A stretch of 64,000 nt of DNA from Methanomethylovorans sp. (GTDB lineage Archaea; Halobacteriota; Methanosarcinia; Methanosarcinales; Methanosarcinaceae): NCBI RefSeq assembly GCF_036802725.1, contig NZ_DAIRVT010000002.1; one strand, written 5' to 3'. The notes under the pieces are model-generated. The model ran no database searches, was not told the origin of the DNA, and saw nothing but the letters and a program-made list of their open reading frames with translations. Of the stretch, positions 8,949 through 18,503 are shown one piece after another (the stretch's first letter is position 1; every line of letters starts with the position of its first letter). The translations under genes were made by a program, and so were the position numbers.

Positions 8949-10244
8949 TTATTCAGTTTTTTCATGTCCATAGCCTAGTGCACTGGGTTCATTGCCCCCG
9001 TGCCAGCTAAGCCGTGGGCGCATTCTTACTATATGAGCCGCCTCGGTGGTATCATCAAGTATAAATGCTATTCCCTGTTCCATTCCCATTTTCCGGATAG
9101 AATCCCCAATATTCTCTTTCATGTAGCTTGGTCTGAAAGATTCAAGAGCATTGACATCTTCAGCAGCTGTAAGACGATGGCATATGAGTATATCTGATTG
9201 TGAAGTGACTTCCGGATCAAGGGCTGAAGGACGTTGTGTGGCAAGGATCAGTGAAAGCCCCGGCTGTCTGCCCTGGCGCAACCATTCGTTGATAAGTATA
9301 TCTGAAGCAAGTGTCTTGCTTCCCTTAGGTACAAAAAGATGAGCTTCGTCGATGAACATCCAGACCATGGGCATACCTGTGTTATCTTGTTCATATCCCA
9401 TTGTCATACATTCCTCTGATCTGCGCGCATCAAGGCGCTGATAATAAATTTCCTTGCTGATCTGCCCAACAACAGCTGCTCTTACGTCCAGGTCCTTAAG
9501 AGTGCTAACATCGAGAACTGTTGTGCAACCCCTTTGAACAAGGTCTTTCACAGGGACTCCTTCTTCTGTGAAAATGCCCCATGAAGATGCCGTTCTGATG
9601 TAGTTCTCAGCAGCACTCTTGGTCACACTGTCAGCTCTTTCGTCTTCCATCACCACGTCCATTATTGTATCAAAGGAAAAACTTTCATGCATTGATCCGA
9701 GCTCTGCAACTACTCTTATTAGAAGTACTCCCAGAGGAGAAACCTCATCGATACTGAAAAGCTTACACCATGCATAACCATCCATTGAAGAAATGGGAAT
9801 AGAGAACGGAAGGACCTCTATTTTTTGTCCTTCATATTTATGGATACTCCCGGCAGGGACGAATACTTTTATTTCTAGTCCTCTTGGGTCAAGTGACCAT
9901 TGCTTCAATAAGATCTCCTGTGGGTCATTAGATTTTTCCATTGTCCAGAATATACCCATGGTATCGATCACTAGAGACGCAATATTATTCCTTATGCCGA
10001 AAGGAAGCAATGATAGTTCTTCTACAAGGGTACCCATAGTATAGGACTTTCCATAGCCTCTTTTACCACAGATCAAGATACAATGAGGCCTAAGAGCATC
10101 CAATCCTACATAAGAAGCAGCTGAGCCGTCCAGTGCCAGATATCTCCCAAGGTTAAGAAGACCTAGTTCTTCATTATTTCGTCTACCAAGAACATAGCGT
10201 TTTTTGGTGACACCCGCTGCAAAAGTATCAGAGATGGAATTCAT
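8949..10244 (-). CDS. HerA/FtsK-like (DUF87-type) P-loop ATPase
   Basis: Walker A GKRGYGKSYTMG, Walker B VWMFIDEAHLF, and ILATQRPS, typical of HerA/VirB4-clade ATPases. No NurA-like partner is nearby. Confidence 0.7.
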   Translation of the reverse strand: MNSISDTFAAGVTKKRYVLGRRNNEELGLLNLGRYLALDGSAASYVGLDALRPHCILICGKRGYGKSYTMGTLVEELSLLPFGIRNNIASLVIDTMGIFWTMEKSNDPQEILLKQWSLDPRGLEIKVFVPAGSIHKYEGQKIEVLPFSIPISSMDGYAWCKLFSIDEVSPLGVLLIRVVAELGSMHESFSFDTIMDVVMEDERADSVTKSAAENYIRTASSWGIFTEEGVPVKDLVQRGCTTVLDVSTLKDLDVRAAVVGQISKEIYYQRLDARRSEECMTMGYEQDNTGMPMVWMFIDEAHLFVPKGSKTLASDILINEWLRQGRQPGLSLILATQRPSALDPEVTSQSDILICHRLTAAEDVNALESFRPSYMKENIGDSIRKMGMEQGIAFILDDTTEAAHIVRMRPRLSWHGGNEPSALGYGHEKTE

Positions 10245-10549
10245 ATATGGGAAAAATATGCAACATATATATTTATTTCCATCTGATGCTCAGTTGCCAG
10301 GCATTTAATGTAAAATAGTAGTATCCAGTGCAAAAATCGGGGTAGATCATAACTTAAAAATAAATTACAAGGTCACAGGATCAAAACAAAAAGTATAAAT
10401 TCTAGGGTAATGAATCCATTAAGAGGAATCTCCTGTACATAAAGAATCACTCCCATCGGTTCATTCTATCTAATGGATCTATTGGTGCAATGAGATACTA
10501 TTCCCCGTAATTCACCCAAAATCTGAGAGATTCCTCAATTTCTATATGT

Positions 10550-11968
10550 TCAGGTTAAAGAAGAACGTATTTTAAGTATGCCTCTGGCTGCAAGTATTCC
10601 TGTCGCTGCAGAGTTAACAAGGTCTCTGGAAAGACCGGTACCATCCCCGGCAGCAAATAGTCCTTTTATGCTTGTTTGCATGTCCCTGTCCACAGATACT
10701 TCCATAGCATAAAGTTTTACCTCAGGCGCGTAGAGGAGCGTAGAGTCAGAATTCACACCGGGAATGATCATATTGAGGGTGTCCAGTCCTTCTATGATGT
10801 CCATAACTATTCTGTGAGGCAGCGCCATGGAAATATCTCCAGGTGTTATATCTTTCAGAGTATTCTTTATTGAATTCTTTGCAATCCTTGCTTCAGTTGA
10901 ACGTCGGCCCCTGCGCAGGTCTCCCATCCTCTGTAATACGGGCTTTCCACCACCAATGGTAGTGGCCAGTTTTGCCACTGATTTTGCGTACTTGATCGTA
11001 TTCTCCATCGGATGGGTCAATTCCACATGTACCAGAAAAGCAAAATTCGTGTTTTCTGAGGTCACAGTGTGCATCGAATGTCCATTTGTTGCAATGAAGC
11101 CTTCATAATTTTCTTTCACGACAAATCCGTGCTCATTGGTACAAAAAGTCCGCACGAAATCATCATATCTGGGAGTACGGATATGGAATTTCGGATCGTG
11201 GTTTATGCGAGTGACCGGATCCATTATTATTGCAGGGACTTCTACTCTCACTCCAATGTCCACGCCACTGAAATTCGCTTTTATTGAGTGCTCTGTTACC
11301 AGTCTATCTACCCACTCGCAGCCTATCCTCCCCGGACAAAGTAATACATAACTAGAGGTAAGATGCTTTCCATCTTCAAGTATCACGCCTTTACATACGG
11401 AGTTCTCAATTATCAGGTCAATTACTCTTGTCCTTAACATAAAATGCACACCTTTGTTGTCAAGGTCGTGCTTGAACCGTGAAATAACCACTTTTGCATT
11501 ATCTGAACCTATATGCCTCTGCCGTATCTCTATGAACTTGGCACCTACTGAAGCCGCCCGGCGCTGTAAGGTCTCTACTTCTTGTTGATCCGGCATGGAT
11601 ACTTTGGTTGTTGCACCATATTCCAAAAAAACAGCATCTACCTCTTCCACAAGTTCCCAAGCCGCAGTTTCATCATCTGTGAATACAGATAGGTCACCGC
11701 CGATATCTGGCCTGAGGTTCAAGGTACCATCAGAGAAGGTACCCGCACCGCCCACACCGCACATAATGTCACATGGCAAGCAGTGTGCACATTTCATTTC
11801 GGGTTCCAGGGAACAATGCCTGTCTTTAACATCGCTTCCCATATCTATAACTAAAATCTTTAATTTGTTGCAGGCAAGTTCCCTTGCAGCAAACATGCCC
11901 GCAGGTCCTGCCCCTACTATGATCACATCATAGTCAGGCCTATGAAAAGAAGAGGTCATGCACATCAT
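10550..11968 (-). CDS. FAD-dependent oxidoreductase (uncharacterised FAD dehydrogenase family)
   Basis: N-terminal dinucleotide-binding motif DVIIVGAGPAGMFAA and C-terminal GLFAAGDGTG. Confidence 0.75.
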   Translation of the reverse strand: MMCMTSSFHRPDYDVIIVGAGPAGMFAARELACNKLKILVIDMGSDVKDRHCSLEPEMKCAHCLPCDIMCGVGGAGTFSDGTLNLRPDIGGDLSVFTDDETAAWELVEEVDAVFLEYGATTKVSMPDQQEVETLQRRAASVGAKFIEIRQRHIGSDNAKVVISRFKHDLDNKGVHFMLRTRVIDLIIENSVCKGVILEDGKHLTSSYVLLCPGRIGCEWVDRLVTEHSIKANFSGVDIGVRVEVPAIIMDPVTRINHDPKFHIRTPRYDDFVRTFCTNEHGFVVKENYEGFIATNGHSMHTVTSENTNFAFLVHVELTHPMENTIKYAKSVAKLATTIGGGKPVLQRMGDLRRGRRSTEARIAKNSIKNTLKDITPGDISMALPHRIVMDIIEGLDTLNMIIPGVNSDSTLLYAPEVKLYAMEVSVDRDMQTSIKGLFAAGDGTGLSRDLVNSAATGILAARGILKIRSSLT

Positions 11969-12002
11969 CCATCAGAATATGAACAATGTGCTATATGCTC
12001 TC

Positions 12003-13070
12003 TCAAGATAAAATCTTATCCAGTTTTTTCAGTTTCCTGGCAAGGGAAATTTCCTGGGCGATCCTCCTACCGGTTGAAAGGCCAGGTTCAATGAAATCTG
12101 AGTATGGAGAACCTGCAGGATAAAGATTTGTGCCTGCAACTATGCGGGCAGATATCTCAAAAACTTTGATCTCAAGCTTGTCTGTGAATACTGTTTCAAG
12201 ACAGAAGGGACCTATCATACCATCGAACAGTTTAAGTGACTGCTCAACCACTTTTTCACCAAGTTCAAATATCAGTGGGAGCAACGATTCTCTTGCAACA
12301 AGTGGCACGTTTCCTGTGACAACGTATGTGGGATGAATTCCTGCATCTTCCAGTTCCCGGGGGGAACCCAGCCTGAATATCTCATCAGCATTGGATTCTA
12401 CACGTCTGTCCATACTTAGCATTTCCAGCACACCGGTGCTTAAGGTGTAGCCTTCTGTCTTCAGGGGCGAATAGAAGAAATGAAGATAATACCTTGTACC
12501 CACAATGAATTCCTGGATGTTGTATTTCTGGGTCTTGTCGACATTCTCAAGGAACTCTTCGTAATTCTTGGCAACAAAGAACCCACGTCCCCCTTTAGCA
12601 CCATGGTATTTTACCATAACAGGCCCATTTATCTCTTCTGGTTTCACCAGTTTTGGCATGTGGATACCTGCACCTTCCAGCCATTCTCTTTCTTTGTTCC
12701 TGTCAGATTCCCACTCAAGTACGTTCCGGTTGCCAAAAGTAGGTACCGGAAACTCAGTGAATTTCTCAGTGCCGAGATATTCCACAAAAGACCCATGTGG
12801 CACAACGATAGCATTCTTCCTTACAAGCTGTTCCGCTATCGATGGAATGGCTTGGTAATTATCTACTATTATGAACTCATCAGGCTTTGCTTTAGGGAAT
12901 GCATCATAGAATTTAGGAGGTTTTTTGACGCAGATACCAATTGTTTTGAAACCTTCCTTCCTTGCACCGTCAAATATCTGAAGGCTTGAATGAGAGCATA
13001 CAGTTGCAATTGCAAGGTTTTCCAGATCATAGGTTTCGACAATTTTCATGATTTGGTCTTTTTCTATCAT
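12003..13070 (-). CDS. purP: 5-formaminoimidazole-4-carboxamide ribonucleotide (FAICAR) synthetase
   Basis: 355 aa ATP-grasp protein. The N-terminus IATVCSHSSLQIFDGARKEGF matches archaeal PurP as I remember it. Confidence 0.85.
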   Translation of the reverse strand: MIEKDQIMKIVETYDLENLAIATVCSHSSLQIFDGARKEGFKTIGICVKKPPKFYDAFPKAKPDEFIIVDNYQAIPSIAEQLVRKNAIVVPHGSFVEYLGTEKFTEFPVPTFGNRNVLEWESDRNKEREWLEGAGIHMPKLVKPEEINGPVMVKYHGAKGGRGFFVAKNYEEFLENVDKTQKYNIQEFIVGTRYYLHFFYSPLKTEGYTLSTGVLEMLSMDRRVESNADEIFRLGSPRELEDAGIHPTYVVTGNVPLVARESLLPLIFELGEKVVEQSLKLFDGMIGPFCLETVFTDKLEIKVFEISARIVAGTNLYPAGSPYSDFIEPGLSTGRRIAQEISLARKLKKLDKILS

Positions 13071-13115
13071 TATTGTGCCCCAAAAAGTTACATTATATTG
13101 TTCTATCTATTTTTT

Positions 13116-13184
13116 AAGTTTGCGGAATCATCCCATAACTGCGAATTTTTTCGAAGTTTACGGAAAAGTTATGAAGTTCACGGT
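13116..13184. promoter_or_regulatory. three direct repeats AAGTTYRCGG in the purP / HTH-gene divergent promoter
   Basis: AAGTTTGCGGAA (13116-13127), AAGTTTACGGAA (13154-13165) and AAGTTCACGGT (13174-13184). The last ends 15 nt before the ATG at 13199. Confidence 0.3.
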
Positions 13185-13198
13185 TGTTATAGTTAAAC

Positions 13199-14098
13199 AT
13201 GCAAGAGATAGAGGATGAAGGCAATAATTTCGATAAAGTGCTGGTCTTGCCTCTTAATGAGGATTCAAAAAAGGTAACTCAGGCTCTCTCTAATGAGAAA
13301 GCTCTCAAAATGCTGGAAATGCTAGCAGATAAACCCATGTCTGCAACTACTTTATCTGAAAAGATGGGTCTTCCCCTTACTACCATCAAGTACAATCTTG
13401 ATAGCCTTATAGAAGCTGATCTTATTAAGGTAAAAGAGACAAAATGGAGCCAGAAAGGTCGTGAGATCAAAATATATGAGCCAGTGCAAAAACTCATTGT
13501 GGTGGTTCCCGGTACAAAGAACATTGATAGATCATCTATTATGGGGATGTTGAAAAAATACCTGGGTCTTTTCATGGGTGCAGTATTTGCAGCTACTGGT
13601 ATAGAATTCCTCACACGCCGGATAGGTCTGTTTCCTTCTGTGGACTATTATCCCGCTACTCTTGAAGAAGCTGCCATGAAATCCGGAGGATATGGTGGAT
13701 TTGCCAATGAAAGTCTTGATTCGGCTTCGAGAGCGGCAGATCAGGCAAATCTGGTAGATGAGGCATCTCCTATGCTAGCGACCATGATATCTAACGACAG
13801 CTCAGAAGCTGCTATCATGGTTTCTGATGAGGCTGTCAATTATACCCCGATGGTCCCTACGGAAAGCCTGACAACATATCTGAACACTACAGGATCGAAC
13901 ATTACAGATTCTAACTCAACTCTAATACCCGTTCCATACCCACCGGTAGAAGATGCCACAGTTATTACAGGCACAAGTCCTGGTCTCATCCCGCCCGATC
14001 TTCTGGCGCACTTGAGCGTTTGGTTCTTTTTTGGATGCTTATTTGTAATATTGTTCATGTTATTGAGGGAAATGTATTATAGAAAAAAGGCGCTATGA
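13199..14098 (+). CDS. membrane-tethered ArsR-type winged-HTH protein
   Basis: N-terminal wHTH (ALKMLEMLADKPMSATTLSEKMGLPLTTIKYNLDSLIEADLI). TM at GLFMGAVFAATGIEFL, then an S/T/N-rich segment with NxT/S sequons, then a C-terminal TM LSVWFFFGCLFVILFMLL. Confidence 0.65.
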   Translation: MQEIEDEGNNFDKVLVLPLNEDSKKVTQALSNEKALKMLEMLADKPMSATTLSEKMGLPLTTIKYNLDSLIEADLIKVKETKWSQKGREIKIYEPVQKLIVVVPGTKNIDRSSIMGMLKKYLGLFMGAVFAATGIEFLTRRIGLFPSVDYYPATLEEAAMKSGGYGGFANESLDSASRAADQANLVDEASPMLATMISNDSSEAAIMVSDEAVNYTPMVPTESLTTYLNTTGSNITDSNSTLIPVPYPPVEDATVITGTSPGLIPPDLLAHLSVWFFFGCLFVILFMLLREMYYRKKAL

Positions 14099-14114
14099 GA
14101 ATTAGTGAGACTTA

Positions 14115-14924
14115 ATGAGGGTTGCACTTAAGATCGCATATGTGGGGACAGGCTATCATGGGTCCCAGATCCAACCGGATGTTGCCACCATTGAAGGAGA
14201 ACTCTTCAACGCCCTGAAAGAACTGGAAATAATGGGTGATCCTAAAAAAGCATCTTTCCAGAGTTCAGGCAGAACAGATGCAGGCGTCCATGCAAGAGGA
14301 CAAGTGGTGGCTTTCAATACTGATAAGCTTAACCTTTCGATTCCAAGGGTCATTAATTCTAAATTACCCAACTCCATCTGGGCATGGGCACATGCAGAGG
14401 TTCCAGACGACTTTGATCCAAGAAGAGATGCAAGTAGTCGGGTCTATAGATATATCATTAGTGGAGAACATTATGATATATCCAGGATAAGGTCTGCTTC
14501 AAAGATATTGGTTGGAGAGCACGACTTTTCAAATTTTTGCAGCAAGGATGAGGACAAAGGCACAGTTCGGGATGTGAAAAGAATAGATGTCAGAGTAAGC
14601 GGGGCACTTACAAAGATCGACGTAGAGGCAAATAGTTTTCTTTGGAACATGGTGCGGAAAATGGTAACTGCTCTTACAATGGTGGGAAGCCGTATGAGGG
14701 ACGAGGCATGGCTCAAACAGATGCTTGAACCGGAATCATACGAAGAAGGATTGGAACCAGCTCAGTCATATGGTCTCACGTTAATGGAAGTAAAATATCC
14801 CATGGAGATACCCTGGACAGAAGATGCATACTCACTTCGCCGGGCCTCTGAAAAAGTGCAGGAATATCTTATAAGACATCGTGTAATGGCCGAGGTCATG
14901 CAGGAACTCGTGCCAAAAGAGTGA
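14115..14924 (+). CDS. truA: tRNA pseudouridine(38-40) synthase
   Basis: MRVALKIAYVGTGYHGSQIQP and the GRTDAGVHA catalytic Asp motif. Confidence 0.9.
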   Translation: MRVALKIAYVGTGYHGSQIQPDVATIEGELFNALKELEIMGDPKKASFQSSGRTDAGVHARGQVVAFNTDKLNLSIPRVINSKLPNSIWAWAHAEVPDDFDPRRDASSRVYRYIISGEHYDISRIRSASKILVGEHDFSNFCSKDEDKGTVRDVKRIDVRVSGALTKIDVEANSFLWNMVRKMVTALTMVGSRMRDEAWLKQMLEPESYEEGLEPAQSYGLTLMEVKYPMEIPWTEDAYSLRRASEKVQEYLIRHRVMAEVMQELVPKE

Positions 14925-14979
14925 TCTTCTCAGCTTATTGTCAGAGAGTTATTGAAAAAAATATGTTTTAGACGCCGGA

Positions 14980-15567
14980 ATGACAGTTCATATTACTTCA
15001 TCGATTAAAATTAATGAAGCCGATATACCTTATGAGGTAATATTCCGAAAAGTCAAGCATCCAAGACTGGAATTCAGGCATGGTGATCTCAAGCTTGTGG
15101 TACCTCACGGACTAAAAGAATATGAAAAACTGCTTGATAAGCACAAATTATGGGTTTATCGAAGATTCATTTCTCATAAGCAAACGCATATGTTTGCTGA
15201 GGGGATAGAACTTTGTTCCACAAGGACAGAAGTGCAATTACAAGAACATGTTGGATCTTTAATAGCTTCTATTGGTACTGAACTTGGTATATTTCCAAAA
15301 AAGGTGGCATTTAGGGAGATGCGCACTAAATGGGGCAGTTGCAGTTCAAAAGGGAACATTAATCTGAACATTTATTTGATGTACTTGCCTGAGAAGCTGG
15401 TGGAATATGTGGTGTTCCATGAAATGGCCCATTTGATAGAAATGAATCATGGACCCAGATTTAAGGAAATGATTCATAAAAAGTTCCATGAGCATAAGGC
15501 CTTTAAAAAGCAACTACGTGGTTACTGGGTTGCCATCATGGAAAAACATTCCATTAATAATTCGTAA
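14980..15567 (+). CDS. YgjP-like (DUF45/M48-family) zinc metallopeptidase
   Basis: 195 aa with HEMAHLIEMNHG (HExxH...H) near the C-terminus. Confidence 0.75.
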   Translation: MTVHITSSIKINEADIPYEVIFRKVKHPRLEFRHGDLKLVVPHGLKEYEKLLDKHKLWVYRRFISHKQTHMFAEGIELCSTRTEVQLQEHVGSLIASIGTELGIFPKKVAFREMRTKWGSCSSKGNINLNIYLMYLPEKLVEYVVFHEMAHLIEMNHGPRFKEMIHKKFHEHKAFKKQLRGYWVAIMEKHSINNS

Positions 15568-15597
15568 GAATAGATCACGGTCATTTGTGACCGTGTC

Positions 15598-17133
15598 TTA
15601 ACTTTCTCCATATCCTAACTCTATGGCTTTACTAAAGCTTACATCGGCTTCAGTATAATTTCCAGCCTGGTTGAGTGCAATACCTTTGTTATACCATGTT
15701 AAAGCATGCTCTGGATTGAGTTCTATAGATCTGTCATATGCTTGTATCGCTTCGTCGATATTCCCCATCATTCGAAGTGAATTACCCTTGCTGTACCATG
15801 CATCATAATTTCCAGGATTAAGTTCTATAGCTTTATCGAATGCTTGCCCTGCTTCTTCGTATCTTTCCATTCCATAAAGTGTATAACCTTTGTGCATCCA
15901 TGTCCAACTATTCTGGGGATTTATCTCTAAAGCTTTATCATATGCTTGAATTGCCTCTTCATATCTCTCCATTCTACGGAGTGCATTACCTTTATTGTCC
16001 CAGACCCCATCGTCCTGTGGTTCAAGCTCTATGAATTTATCATATGCCTGAATTGCATTTTCATATTCCTTCATGTAATAGTGGGACATGCCCTTATAGT
16101 TCCAGGCTTCTGTATACTCCGGATCAAGTTCTGTGGCTTTATTGTAGTTTTGTATTGCTTCTTCATACTCCTTCATTTCGTAGAGAGCATTACCCTTATA
16201 ATTCCAGATCTCGGCATCCAGTGGGTCGAGCTGCAGGGCTTTATCAAAAGCCTGAATTGCTTCTTCGTTCCTTCCCATTTTATTCAGAGCATAGCCTTTA
16301 TAGTTCCACGCTTTTGCGTCCTTTGGGTCGATCTGTATGACTTTGTCGCATACCTGGATAGCTTCCTCGTATCTTCTCATTTGGTTCAGGACAAAGCCTT
16401 TGTTATCTAAGGCTTTTGTGTACTGCGGGTCAAGTCCTATGGCATTATCTAATGCTTTCATTGCTTCGTAATAATTACCCAGTTTAGCATAAGCAATACC
16501 TTTGTAGTTCCATGTTCTGGCATCCTTTCGATCGATCTTGATGGCTTTATCAAATGCTTGTATTGCTTCTTCATATCGTTCCATTATATAATGGGTATAT
16601 CCTTTATTGTACCAGGCAGTGGCAAATTGTGGTTCGAGCTCTGTGGCTTTATCATACGCTTGTATCGCTTCTTCGTATTTTCCCATATGATAAAGTGAAA
16701 TACCTTTGTTATACCAGGCAAAACCATCCAGGGGATCAATTTCTATTACCTTGTCATATGCTTGTATTGCTTCTTCGTACTTTCCCATCTTACGAAGAGC
16801 AATTCCCTTTTCACTCCAGAATTCAACATTATTGGGCTTAAGTTGCAGGGCTTTATCAAATGCCTGAATAGCCTCTTCGTTTTTTCCAGTTTCAGTAAGT
16901 GCAATGCCTTTACCAACCCAGGCATCGCCATTTTGCGGATCCAACTCTATGGATGTATTGAATGCTTGTATCGCTTCGGTATATTTTCCTTCTTCAAGAA
17001 GGTTATTACCTTTCTCATTCCAATCGCCAGAATTATCGGTTCCGATACAACCTGCACAGAAGATCATTATAACTACTAGACCCTGGATAACATATTTCAT
17101 ATTCACTACCATTTTTCCTCCAGATTTTGCCAT
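15598..17133 (-). CDS. TPR-repeat (lipo)protein, about 14 tandem TPR units
   Basis: 14 copies of the unit ...YEEAIQAYDKAIELDPQ..AWYNKG... The N-terminal hydrophobic stretch ends in FCAGC (lipobox-like). Confidence 0.85.
   Translation of the reverse strand: MAKSGGKMVVNMKYVIQGLVVIMIFCAGCIGTDNSGDWNEKGNNLLEEGKYTEAIQAFNTSIELDPQNGDAWVGKGIALTETGKNEEAIQAFDKALQLKPNNVEFWSEKGIALRKMGKYEEAIQAYDKVIEIDPLDGFAWYNKGISLYHMGKYEEAIQAYDKATELEPQFATAWYNKGYTHYIMERYEEAIQAFDKAIKIDRKDARTWNYKGIAYAKLGNYYEAMKALDNAIGLDPQYTKALDNKGFVLNQMRRYEEAIQVCDKVIQIDPKDAKAWNYKGYALNKMGRNEEAIQAFDKALQLDPLDAEIWNYKGNALYEMKEYEEAIQNYNKATELDPEYTEAWNYKGMSHYYMKEYENAIQAYDKFIELEPQDDGVWDNKGNALRRMERYEEAIQAYDKALEINPQNSWTWMHKGYTLYGMERYEEAGQAFDKAIELNPGNYDAWYSKGNSLRMMGNIDEAIQAYDRSIELNPEHALTWYNKGIALNQAGNYTEADVSFSKAIELGYGES
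15620..17030 (-). repeat. about 102-bp coding periodicity (TPR units); approximate limits
   Basis: Near-identical GAAGAAGCAATACAAGC-type segments recur every 34 codons. This periodicity also generates the long antisense ORFs in the track. Confidence 0.7.
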
Positions 17134-17329
17134 TGCTTGTTGAAATGTAGAAGTTTTTGGGAATTAAGTTTTTCTATTTAGAACCAATGTTGATGACCCA
17201 TGATTCAAAGCCCTGTTTATATTCTCTCCATTTAATTCCTTTTATAGACTTTGCATCAGCTTTGAACTAATGTCTAATTATAATATACAACTCAACATAT
17301 ATAATTTTGATCAGGTTTATAGGAATTTA

Positions 17330-18370
17330 TTATTTTTCCTTGTATAACAATGTAATTCTTCTGGTAAGACTTCTGTGTACTCTCTGGCTATACTCGTCTA
17401 TTATCCTGAATCCCGCATCTTTTGCAAATCCGGTTATATCCATTTCTGAGACCACTACAGCAAGCTTACCTTTTCGAAGCAATCTGTACATTTCTCTGAA
17501 GGAGCCATCATAAAGATGGTGCAGGGATTCAGCTCTGATGGCTGCAGACCGTCCATAGGGAGGATCTGTGACTATAGCATCTACACATTCATCTCTAAGG
17601 GGGACCATACATGCGTCACCTGCTATAATATTATAATTGCCACCAAATACCTGCAGATTCATCTGTGCGCCTGAAGCGATCATAGAGCGCACTTCAATGC
17701 CTATTACCCTGGCACCTATCAGAGCACCTTCCACCAGAATACCTGCTGTGCCGCAGAAAGGGTCAAATAGAACATCATCCGCCTTCACTTTTGATATATT
17801 TACAAGGGCTCTGGCTATCCTGGGCATAAGCACGCCAGGGTAGAAGAAAGGTTTTTTGTGAGGCAATCTTCCCTCGAAAGCACTCCTGTCCACAGATGCT
17901 ACTACAGGGCCAAATATGCATTTTTGTCCCAGTATCAATCTGAATTGAACATCAGGTGTCTTGAGATCTGCCCTAAATCCTTTCCTGAAAATTTTGCCGC
18001 CAACGTGTCCTTCTATGAACTCTCTTTCAAAATCACAATAATGCTTGATCTTCCTTGCACGCACCACGAATGTCTTGCCAGGACCAAGATGATCTGAATA
18101 ATCAATTTCTTCTGCCATCTCCAATATGTTTTCTGCTGAAGTCTCACACATGCCCGCAACCCGCATTATATGGTGGGACATGGCAAGCCGCTCTGCTACG
18201 TACAACAAACGAGTTTCGATCTCATTCACAGTACCATCAATTTCTACGATCAGGCATTGATCAAGTATCTCTTGTTCTTTGAAGTCCAGTCCTGCTATTT
18301 CCATGCAGGCATATGCTTCCATAACCGGAAGGGAGTCATGCTCCCCGGAAAGTTCAAATGCGTACAGCAT
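17330..18370 (-). CDS. THUMP-domain tRNA (guanine-N2)-methyltransferase (Trm-G10/Trm11-like)
   Basis: 346 aa. N-terminal THUMP-like region, SAM motif FDPFCGTAGI, and catalytic VTDPPYG. Confidence 0.8.
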   Translation of the reverse strand: MLYAFELSGEHDSLPVMEAYACMEIAGLDFKEQEILDQCLIVEIDGTVNEIETRLLYVAERLAMSHHIMRVAGMCETSAENILEMAEEIDYSDHLGPGKTFVVRARKIKHYCDFEREFIEGHVGGKIFRKGFRADLKTPDVQFRLILGQKCIFGPVVASVDRSAFEGRLPHKKPFFYPGVLMPRIARALVNISKVKADDVLFDPFCGTAGILVEGALIGARVIGIEVRSMIASGAQMNLQVFGGNYNIIAGDACMVPLRDECVDAIVTDPPYGRSAAIRAESLHHLYDGSFREMYRLLRKGKLAVVVSEMDITGFAKDAGFRIIDEYSQRVHRSLTRRITLLYKEK

Positions 18371-18503
18371 AGCAGTTGCATAGAGAATCCCTTTGGTATT
18401 AAAAGGCTGCTATCATGATCATTCAAAAGTTAAGACGTGGAGTAACTTATCTAAAATATCCAAAGCAAAGAACTATTTACTATAACAATATTGGAATCTC
18501 CTG

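Noticed and set aside
10414-10536. Interleaved short inverted repeats in the 305-nt spacer between the FAD-oxidoreductase stop and the HerA-like start. They are ATCCATTA (10414-10421) / TAATGGAT (10471-10478) and GAGGAATCTC (10423-10432) / GAGATTCCTC (10527-10536), in a pseudoknot-like A-B-A'-B' order.
   Set aside because: Matches of 8 and 10 nt in AT-rich DNA are close to chance expectation across the several kb of intergenic sequence I scanned. There is no flanking conservation evidence. Worth a covariance check only if the spacer is conserved.
15840-17143. Several 60-150-aa plus-strand ORFs inside the TPR gene
   Set aside because: These are artefacts of the 102-bp repeat periodicity, which keeps the antisense frames open. 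Their sequences are repetitive and hydrophobic with no starts or SDs of note.
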